Shown here: piece after piece, positions 17,221 through 29,200 of the stretch
Layout of the letters: each line of letters begins with the position of its first letter
Position numbering within the stretch: position 1 is the stretch's first letter
Source: a virus
Lineage: Duplodnaviria; Caudoviricetes
Virus record (IMG/VR): IMGVR_UViG_3300006922_000005
Strand: one strand, 5' to 3'
Length of the DNA: 64,000 bases
Position numbers and translations under genes: made by a program
The notes under the pieces: model-generated
Told to the model about the DNA's origin: nothing
The model's input: only the letters and a program-made list of their open reading frames with translations
Database searches by the model: none

Positions 17221-20200
17221 TGGCATATAGTGACAACAACAATGCTCCTGTTAACAAGGACAATAAAGATAAGTTTAGAAATAGTGCTGATTTACTTCCA
17301 ATGTTTTTTAGAACGGAAGCAAATAAAAAGTTTCTTGGAGCAACATTTGACACACTTATTAGTAAAGGTCAATTAGAAAAAATTAACGGTTTTGTTGGAA
17401 GTAGATATTCTCCAACAGTAAAGCCAGAGGATAGATACCTTACTGAACCAACATCTAATCGCAGACGTTATAACCTATTACCTAGTGTTGTAATTAGAGA
17501 TGATTTTGATGATAGAACAGAATGGTTAGCAACGTATGACGATTTATTAAATCAGTTAGATTTTTTTAACAGTGAAACAAAAAATCATAACAACTTATTT
17601 TCTAGCAAATATTATGCTTGGAACCCACATATTGACTTTGATAAAATTGCAAACTATAGACAGTACTATTGGTTGCCACAAGGTCCTAGTCCAGTTACAG
17701 TTACAGGATTAGCAGAAGGTAGCATAAGTGCATTTACTGTTACTAATGATAGTTCGGGTGCTTATGTGTTTACGCCAGATGGTAGTTCAAAGAACCCTGT
17801 AATTAAATTGTTTAGAGGGGCAACTTATAAGTTTGAAGTAAATGCACCAGGACATCCATTCAATATTAAACTTGCAAAAACTACAGGTAATACAGATTTA
17901 TACACTGATGGAGTTACAGACAACGGTACCGACAATGGAACAGTTGTGTTTACTATTCCAAAAGGTGCACCAGACATACTTTACTATGCTTGTGCTAATC
18001 ATCAATCAATGCAAGGTATTTTTGAAATTAAAGATGCAGTTGATGAGTTAAACATTGATATTCCTACAGAAGTTTTAGGTAAAACAGAGTATACAAGTTC
18101 TAATGGAGTTGTGTTTACTAACGGATTAAAAGTTAATTTTACAGGAAATGTATCACCGTCAAAATATAAAAACAAAAATTATTATGTTGAAGGTGTTGGA
18201 ACAGGAATTACACTTACTCCGGTAACAGAGTTTGATACACCAGAAGGTTATAGTCAAAATTTTGATTATGAATTTGATGTAGACAGTTTCGATGACACTC
18301 CATATGATGACGGAGAAAGCACACCAACAACTCCAGAGTACGTTAGTATTAACAGAGCAAGTATTGATAAGAATCCTTGGTCAAGATATAACAGATGGTT
18401 TCATAAAGAAGTTATTGAAGCAACAGCCAAGTATAATAATACTAATATTGTATTAGATGAAACTCAACGTGCTAAACGTCCTATTATTGAATTTAGACCT
18501 AACATGCAACTTTACAATTTTGCTACACAAGGTTTAGGCAACATCGATGTAATTGACACAGTTACAACAGATGCATTTAGTGAAGTTGAAGGACAAATAG
18601 GTTACTACGTTGATCAAATTGATTTAACAACAGGTATGCGTGTTACATTTACAGCAGATCCTGACATCACTGTAGCAGGAAAGATTTATGAAGTTTCGTT
18701 TGTAACACACGGCGGAAAGTCAAGATTGCGTTTAGAAGAAGTTGAAAGCGGTTTAACTAATACAGGTATTGTTGTTACCAACGGCGTAACTAACAAAGGT
18801 ACTAGTTGGTACTTTAATGGAACAACATGGATTAAAGGACAACAAAAAACTACAATTAACCAAGCACCAATGTTTGAATTATTTGATAATGACGGTGTTA
18901 GTTTTACCGATACAAAATACGGTGTACAAAATTTTGTTGGTAACAAACTATTAAGTTACAAACAAGGAACCGGTGCAAACGATGCTATTTTAGGATTTCC
19001 AATTTCATATCAAAATGTTAATAACATTGGTGATATTTGTTTTAACTTTGATTGGGATAATGATAGTTTTGTATATTCTACAACTGACGGAAATGTTTTA
19101 CAAGACACAGCGGCCAGTGTTGTTAAAGTAAACAAAAGTTTAACTGAAAACACATTTGAATCAGGATGGAGTTTAGTTGATACTAAAACTAGACAAAAAG
19201 TTATACAACTTAATGATACAATCGCCGAAACAACATTAATTGAAATTACAGCAATTACTAATCCAGGACTATACCTAACAGCAAAAGACATTGTTGTTGA
19301 GTATGCTGGAACTGTACTAAAACCTAATACAGGATTTACTACAACAAAAAGTGATGACGGTAAAAAATTATATATAAATCCTGTAGAATTTATTCCATCA
19401 GACGAAAGAATTACTATAAAAATTACCACTGATGAAGTACCTACACAGTTTGGATTTTACGAAGCGCCTATAAACTTAACTAACAACAGTGAAAATAATG
19501 ATCTAACTACATTTACTTTAGGTAGTGTAACTGATCATGTTAGAACTATTTTTAGTAATAATATTAATGTTACTGGTAAGTTTAACAACACATCAAATGC
19601 TAGAGATATTCCTAACTTATATAAATCAGGAACACGTTATGTAAAACATCAAGGTAGTTTATTACCTGCAATTTTTGGACTAGTTGACAGCGAAACAAAT
19701 GTAATTAAATCTATAAGAAAAAATGCACTTGATTACAATGTATTCAAACAACAATTTTTAAACATGTTTGAAACAATTGAAGTTACAGGTGCTCCAAGAG
19801 ATGATGTAGACAGTATATTATACAGTATGTCTGTAAACCAAAACTCAAACAATTCTTACTTTTACAGTGATATGGCTGGCTACGGTAAATCTTTATCGTC
19901 CACAACATATGAAGTTAATACATTTGAACAACAAATTTTTGGAATACAAAGTAACTTTAATCTAACTGCTAATTCAAATAGAAGTGTATATGTTTACTTA
20001 AACGGTGAACATTTAATTAATGGTGTTGATTATAACTTTGATACTATTGATAACACAGTTAATCTTATTAAGAAAACAGCAATAGGTGATAGTGTAGTAA
20101 TTTATGATTACAATACTATTGGTAGTATTATTCCTAGTACTCCTACAAAGTTAGGATTATATCCAAAGTATACACCAGAAATTTATACAGATAAAACTTA

Positions 20201-23200
20201 TATTACGCCTACTAAAATTATTCAAGGGCATGATGGAAGTAAAACTAAAGCGTTTGATGATTACCGAGATGAATTATTATTAGAATTAGAAAAAAGAATT
20301 TATAACAATATTAAAGTTGAATATAATAGAGATATATTTGACAACAATGAATTCAAACCGGGTGCATTTAGAAAAACAGATTTTACATTAGATGAATTTA
20401 CTAGTGTATTAGATGATGATTTTAATTACTGGTCTAACTTGTATTCAGTAAACTATCTAGATAATACAACATCAGTAGAAGGGGAAATATTTTCCTACAA
20501 TCATAACTCAGGTTTAGACACAGTCAACGGTGAAACTTTACCAGGATCGTGGAGAGGGATTTATAAAAAGTTTTTTGATACAGATCGTCCGCATACTGCT
20601 CCATGGGAAATGCTTGGATATTCTGAAAAACCTAGTTGGTGGGAAGGCCGTTATGGAGCCGCTCCTTACACTTCAGGTAATGATATTCTTTGGAATGATT
20701 TAGAAAAAGGTTTTGATTTTAACAAACAAAAAGCAAATCCAGTATACGCAAGAACAGGATTAAGCAAAATTATACCTGTAGACGAGTACGGAGATTTAAA
20801 ATCACCTTTACAATCAAATTTAGTAAACAACTTTATTACAACTAACATTGGACATGATTGGGTCTTTGGTGACATGGGTCCATCAGAGTATTCATGGAGA
20901 TCAAGTAGTTGGTATCCGTATGTTGAACAAATTGCTTTAGCATTACTAAAACCTGCAAACTATCTCACAGCACAATATGATACTAGTCAAAATAAAGTTT
21001 CACCAAGCGGTAACATTATATACAATAGTACAGGAAAAATTTTAGATTTTACAGATGTAAAAACACATACATTGTATTATAATAATGTAAGATATTTTGG
21101 ATCAGGGTATCATGTATTTGTAGTTGACTATATGAAACAAGCAAATCAAGATGTGCTTACAGGTTATGCTAGTAGACTTGCAAAAACAAGTATGAATCTA
21201 ACATATAAAACAGGTGCGTTTGTTAATAAAGATAGACTTAGAGTTCTACTTGAAAGTGCGAATCCAAATTCTCCTGATAAAAGTATTTTCCTCCCAGATG
21301 AAAATTATGAAATTGCATTTAGAAAATCCAATCCAGTTTATACTGCTAGTATATCTGGTGTAGTTGTAGAAAAAGTTGATAAAGGATATATGGTCAGAGG
21401 TTATGACAAGTATAATCCTGTGTTTAACATTTACCCTGCAAGACTAGGACAAAATGACCAAGCAGTTAATATTGGCGGTACTGAAGCAAACTTTATTATA
21501 TGGACAGAAGAAAAGTTTTATGGTGCACAACAAATTGTACAATACGAAGGTTCGTATTACAGAGTAAAAGAAGATCATACTGCACAGCAACAATTTGATG
21601 TTAGCAAGTATGCTAAACTTGCTGAGTTACCAACAACAGGCGGAGCATCGGCTCAAATACCTACATTGTTTGAAGACAGGTTAGTTAGAGTACCATACCA
21701 AACAGTGTATACTAACAAGCAAGACGTTTACAACTTTTTACTAGGATACGGACAGTATCTTGAAAGTATTGGATTTAAGTTTGAATCTCGAATCAACGAA
21801 CTTGGTGAAATATCAGATTTTAGATTTAGTGGAAAAGAATTTTTATATTGGACTACACAAAATTTTGCAAAAGGAAGTGTTATTACACTAGCACCGTTTG
21901 CAAGAAATGTTTCTTTTGAATTTTCATCAGGACAAGTAGATAATGTTTTAGATACATTCTATGAATACTCTATATACAATGCTGGCGGAAATCCAATAAG
22001 TAGAAAAAGCATAAGCACAGTTAGAGATAGCGGAAGATTTACATTAAAGCCAGTAGACACACAAGAAGGTATTTTTAACGTACAATTAAATCTTATACAA
22101 AAAGAACACGTTATTGTGTTTGACGATAAGAGTGTATTTGGTGATATAATATATGATCAAGAAGCAGGTTACCGACAAGAACGTATTAAGTTAATTGGAT
22201 TTAAAACTACTGAATGGGATGGCGATTTATATTCACCAGGATTTGTTTATGATGAAGCAAAGATTTCTCCATGGGCTCAATACAGAGATTATAATCTTGG
22301 CGATGTTGTAAAATATAAAACAAAATTTTATACTGCAAAAAGTTTTATTGCAGGTGAAGAAAACTTTGTTTATAATAAATGGTCCTATTTAAATCAAGCA
22401 CCAACAGCAGAGTTATTACCTAACTTAGATTTTAAAATTAGTAGTTTCCAAGATTTCTATAACTTAGATACTGAAACATTTGATGAAGCATCAAGTAAGT
22501 TATCACAACACTTGGTAGGATACCAAAAAAGAATATACTTAGATAATCTTATACAAGATAATACAGCACAGTATAAGTTTTATCAAGGATATATTAAAGA
22601 AAAAGGTACAACAAATGCTATTGATAAAATATCTCGATTAAAGATTGACGATGTACAAACAGATATTTCAATAGACGAGGAATGGGCATTTAAAGTTGGT
22701 AGTTTAGGAAGCAACTCAACTGTTAAAGAAATTGAGTTTACACTAGACGAAAGTTTAAATTTAGAAAATCCACAAGCATATGATTTTGTAAGTTCTGTAA
22801 CTTCAAATACCACACCAGGAAACAACATACAAATTACTGCAAATAACATTGCTGTAAAACCAGTTGACTATGATAACAATCCGTGGCCAATTACAACACT
22901 TGATACTACAGCAGGAATTACTAGTGATTATCTTAATCAACTGCCGGTTGCAGGATATCCTAGATTAGATGATATTCCAACTACTTCAGTAAACTATTCA
23001 GATCTAGTAGGTAGCAGTGTTATTAACCAACTTGATGATAGTGATCTAATTTGGGTAGCAAAGGATAAAGATAAAGACTGGAATGTGTATCAGTTACAAA
23101 CAATTCCAGCAAGAGTAATTCAAACAGATGATTTAAAAACTCAATTCTTAGATAATGAAATTACACTAAACACAGACATTGCACACAACCTAGTTGTTAA

Positions 23201-26200
23201 TCAAATTATTAGTATTAAAAGTTTTTCAGAAAGTGTTGATAATGTTTATCTTGTAAAAAGAATTAACTCAACTACACAGTTTGTAGTTGAAGGAAGTGAT
23301 ACTAGTACTACATTAGATGATAGTACATCGGGAGAAATTTTAGAATTTATTTCGAACAGAGTTAGTAACCCAGATGATATTAACAATATTAAAAATGTAT
23401 CAAACATAGAAAATGATTCACTTATTTTTGTAGATAATGATGGTACTAACAAATGGGCAGTATATAAAAAGACAAGAGCATTTACAGAAAACAAATGGGG
23501 ATCTCCAAACCCTATCACTAAACAAAAGTTTGGTTATAACATTGCTTCTGCAAATTCAGGTAGAACTATTGTTGTAGCGGCACCAAAGTTTGGCGATGAA
23601 GGTCAAATTTATATTTTAAACAGAGAATTTAATACAGGAATTCAAACACTACAAGTAACACAAGGATTTGCTATTTCAGATAACGCAAGTGATAATATTG
23701 TCAGTGATGCAGGCTTACCTGCACTTGGAACAAGTTTAGCATTAAGCAATGATGGAACAGTATTAGTAGCAGGTGCATCAGAAGCAAGTAATTTTAAGGC
23801 GGCTGATGATAGTACATATGCTAGTGGATTTAGAGTAAGCGTTGGAAATATTGATGTTGCTCCTAGTGTATTTGATAGAGAAGGTGTTGTAACATTACAC
23901 ACATACGATACTGCTGAAAACTTGTTTAAAAGAAACTATGTAATTGGTTGTAGTGAACCAGAAAGTGATTTGCATTTTGGTGCAAGTGTACTAGTATCAA
24001 ATACAAAGTTGTTAGTTGGTGCTCCGGGTAAAACTAACTTCCAAGGTAAAGTTTACATATATGATAAAACTACAAGACCAGACGGTAGTACATTAGATTG
24101 GGATTTAAGTGATCACCATATTTTATCAATTCCGAATAGTAGAGATGGAGATAAATTTGGTTCAACTATGACTGCTAATAAAGATCTTAGTATTGTTGCT
24201 ATATCGGCTCCAGGATATGAAGAAGAAGGAGATGATAGTACAGCAAACAAAGGCGCAGTATTCATATACAGTTTAGATTCAAATAACGAATATCAATTAA
24301 TTCAAACATTAAGTTCAGCAACATTTAATCAAATTGATTCAGGTGATAGTTTTGGTTACTCATTGGATATGAGTGATAACGGAACTACACTTATAGTATC
24401 AGCACCATACGATGATCAAAATACTATTAACAGCGGAGCATTATATTACTTTAGTAAAGAAGTAACTGCTGATAGTACACAAGATATGTACACATACCAA
24501 CAAACTATTTTTAGTCCTCTTAAACAAGTACAAGAACAGTTTGGGGCAAAAGTAAGTGTAAATGAAGACGGAACCGGATTTGCTGTGTGGAGTCAACATG
24601 GTCAGAATCGACTAACAACAACATTTGATAAATTTACACTACTAGAAGATAGTTCACTAGGTGAAACTACAAGAGAAACTACATTTGATAGTCAGAGTTT
24701 AAACATAATTGATGAAAATTATGCAAGTGGTACAGTTTACACTTATACAAAACTAAACACAAAGTTTGTTTATGGACAACAATTAAGTTCAGATACAACA
24801 CAAGAATTTGATGAGTTTGGTCGAGGTCTTATATACACAGGTAATTCATTGTTAGTCGGTGCGCCTAATAGTAAGACAGCAGATCTTACTGATGACATTG
24901 GTAGTTTATTTGTATATCAAAAAACTGGATCAAGTGGTTGGAATAAAATTAGAACACAGGATGATCCTACAGATCCGTATAGTGTTAAAAAATCTTTCAC
25001 ATTTAATACATTAAAAAATGATGTAAAAGACTTTTTAGAAACTATTGATCCTGTAAAAGGAAAAATTCCATATCTAGCAGAAAAAGAAATTTCATTTAAA
25101 GCAAACATTGACCCTGCTTCGTATACTAGAAGCGACACTAACGTAACAGTTAAACCAACCACAGCATGGACAGAAGAACATGTTGGCCAACTATGGTGGG
25201 ATTTAAGTACTGTAAGTTACATATGGTATGAGCAAGGTGATACAGAATATAGAAAAACAAACTGGGGACAACAATTTCCTGGAAGTTCAATTGATGTATA
25301 TGAATGGGTTGAAACTGATCTTTTACCAAGTGAATGGTTAGAACTTTCAGTTACACAACAAGGACAATCAGCAGGAGTTAGCGGAACACCTAAATACAAT
25401 GATGATACACTTGTACAGAAAAACATTTATAATTTTACTAGTGGCGGATTCGAAACTAGATATTACTATTGGGTTAAAAATACTGTAGCAGTTCCTAATG
25501 TAAAAAACCGTGATTTACCGGCAGTTGAAGTTGCAAATATTATTAATGATCCTAAAACATACGGAATTAAAAGTATCCAACTTTTATCTAAAAATGCAAT
25601 CAGTATTAGCAATGTAAAAACAACACTTGATGATAAAGATGTTTTCTTAAGTGTGCAATACAGTAATGTAGATACTGATATTCCAGAACACAACGAATGG
25701 CAGTTAATCAGTGAAAGCCAAGATAAGAAAATTGAAAATACTTTATTAGTTAAAAAACTTATTGACAGTGCAGTTGGATATGACAGTGAAGGAAATCCAG
25801 TTCCAGATCAAGCACTTCCGGTACAACGAAAATACGGAATACAAGTTCGTCCTAGACAAAGCATGTTTGTTGATAGACTAGATGCACTTAAATCTATTAT
25901 TACATTTACAAATGAAGTAATGAGTAATACTAGAGTTGTTGATACTAAAGATATTAATGCACTATCTGAAAAAGATCCTTTACCTGTATCAGGTAGCGGA
26001 AAATGGGATATACAAATTGACGACTATGACGAGTTATCACAAGTAGGTACAGAGGATTTAGTAACAGCAACAGCAACAGCAAATATTGTTAACGGTAGAA
26101 TAACTTCTGTAAACATAACCAATGCTGGTAAAGGATATAAAAATGCTCCTGCAATTACTATTTCAGGCACAGGTACAGGTGCAAAATTACAATCTGTAAT

Positions 26201-29200
26201 TGATGCTCAAGGTAAAATAACAGCAATCAATGTTAATAAAACAGGTAAAGATTACACAGTTGCTAATTTAGATATTAGACCATTTAGAGCATTGGTTACA
26301 TTAGACTCAACAGCAAATAATAACTGGACAATATATCAATGGCAAGCAAGTACTAAACTTTGGTCTAGAACAAATACACAAACATTTGACTTAACACGCT
26401 TTTGGAAATATACAGATTATGTAGTTGCAGGATTTGATATTGATTCAATTATTAATTACAAACTAAAAGCAACATACGAGTTAAACACTATTACACCAAT
26501 AGTTGGAGAGTTAGTACAAGTTGACAACGCTGGAGACGGTAACAAGATTATTCTTAAAAGAGTAATTAGTAATGGTACTTTTGATGACTCATATGACTTA
26601 ATGTATAAAGCAAACAGTACAATACAGTTTAACGAAAGTGTTTATAATTACGAATTATTAAACTTTGGTTTTGCAGGTCAAGAAAATTATGACGTAAACT
26701 TGTTTGACAGTGAGCCAATACAAGAAACACGTAGAGTTTTAGAAATTATTAGAGATAATATATTTGTAGACGACTTAAAAGATAATTGGAACAAATTATT
26801 CTTTATTGCAGTAAGATATGCATTTTCTGAGCAAACATTTGTAGACTGGGCATTTAAAACTAGTTTCATAACTGTAGATAATAAACTTGGCGGATTTAGT
26901 AAGAAGTTAAATTACAAATTAAGTGACCCAGGATATATTGAACAATACATTAATGAAGTAAAACCTTACAGAACTGTAATTAGAAACTTCTATAACAGTT
27001 ATGACCAAGTAGAAAACACACCTGTAAGTAATACAGATTTTGATTTACCAAGTTATTGGGACGAAGAAAACAAAATATTTGTTGCTCCTAAGATTACTGA
27101 TGATAAAATTACTACTGAACCTTATGTTAATTGGTTTGACAACTACAAATATAATATTGGTAATGTAAGTGTTACTGACGATGGTGAAGGTTATACTGAA
27201 GCACCTGTGGTTATTATTAGTGGCGGTAGATCTAACAAACCTAAAATTATACAAACTAATGAATTTAGACCATTAGTAACTACTGATTACACTGACAGTA
27301 GATTTTATATTAAAACAACAAGTATTCCGGATCACGGATTTTCTAGAAACCCAGGAACCTTTGCTGTAAAATCACAAGACTTTACATTTGAGATTACTAG
27401 AACTCCAGTTGAAGCAAATACAAAAGTTAAAACTCCTATGGGAGCAATTGGTGTTGCAGTAAACGGTGTTGTATTCCATAATCCAAAAGCAAACTCAACT
27501 GAAATGAGAGCAGGTGTTGATTATACAATAAATGCTGTTCATGCAGGAAAACTTTTAAGTATAGATGACGGATCAGGACATCCGCAAGAAGATGGAGTTT
27601 ACCATTATCATGCAGATCCTAGTTTAATGTATACAAAAGATACTACAGCACACAGTCCTTTATTAGGATATGCACTTGATGGCTATCCAATTTATGGACC
27701 ATATGGGTGGAATACTAAATCAGGAAGAAGTAATCCAAGAGTAATGAAATCAAGTTATTCATTAAAAACAACTGTACGTTCAGATGGTAGCAACCATGAC
27801 GGAACATATGTAGAAGACTATGAATACATTGCAGGGTCAGGAGACTTAGATGAACACAACGGTAGAACTTGTAACACGCCTGAGTATCCAAACGGAACAT
27901 ATGCATACTTTGTAACTGTAGATCCTACAGACACTAACGTACAAGTATATCCATACATTGTTGGTCCTACATATTACGGTGCTCCTATACTACCTAATGG
28001 AGACAAAGTTTTACCAGGAGAAGCATTTGTAGATGCAACAGCAGTAGCATATATATCACGTGGTATTGTTAGAGAAATTGTTCTTACTAATCCAGGCAGT
28101 GGATATGTTAGTGCTCCTCTTGTTACACTTGCTGGCGGCGGAGGCGAAAATTCTGTAACACGTACAGCAAAAGCATATGCAAGATTAGAAAACAAAAAAG
28201 TTAGAATAAATGCAATGAGTATGAAGTTTGATAGGATTGCAAACAGTCATTTAATTCAAAGTCAAACACAAACAGATACATTTACTGCAACTGAAGGACA
28301 GATTAAATTTAAATTAACATATATTCCAACACTTGATAAACGTCAAATTAATATTAATATTGCAAATGAAACTGTATATATTGAAAACTATGATGTAAGT
28401 ATTGTTACTTTAAAAGATCAAACATATAAAAAACAAGAAGGATACATTATCTTTAGTGTTCCTCCAGGAAAAGGTAAATCTGTATCTATAACATACGAAA
28501 AGTCAATCGACTTAATGCAGGCAACTGATAGAATTAATTACTACTACAATCCAACAGCAGGTATGCGTGGTAAAGAACCATCGCAGTTAATGACTGGTGT
28601 TGAATACGATGGTGTTAAAGTACAAGGATTAGAGTTTGATATTAGCGTAGGCTTTGATGGTCTTCCATGGTTTAGTCATGGTTGGGATACATTCTCAGGA
28701 ACAAACACTGACTTTGCTTTCCGTGCAGATGGTAGTACACAAACATTTACACTACCATATACACCAGAAGCAGGGCAAGAGATAAATGTTTACTTTGATA
28801 ATGTAAGACAAGATCCAACAAATACTCCAACAATTACAGGAGACGGAAACACAACTGCATTTACATTAGACATAGGTGCTCCAGATGGTACTCTTGTTGT
28901 GTTTAGACAAAAAGAATCAGATGGTTCGTTAGTTCCAACTGATGTTAATAACTTAGATACAATTTTACAAGGTGGTAACTTCCAGTATTCAACAGCAACA
29001 GGACAAAATCCTGAGGACATTGATATTGACGGTGATGGATTTGTAACAGTTGACACATCACATGCACCAGAAGAAGTTGTTCCAGGACAAACATTTGATA
29101 GTTTAAGTATTAGTGTTTACAATTCACCAGCAGATGGTTCTCCGTTAATTGTTACAAACAGATATATTGGTAACAGTTTACTTAGAAGATATAGTTTTGA

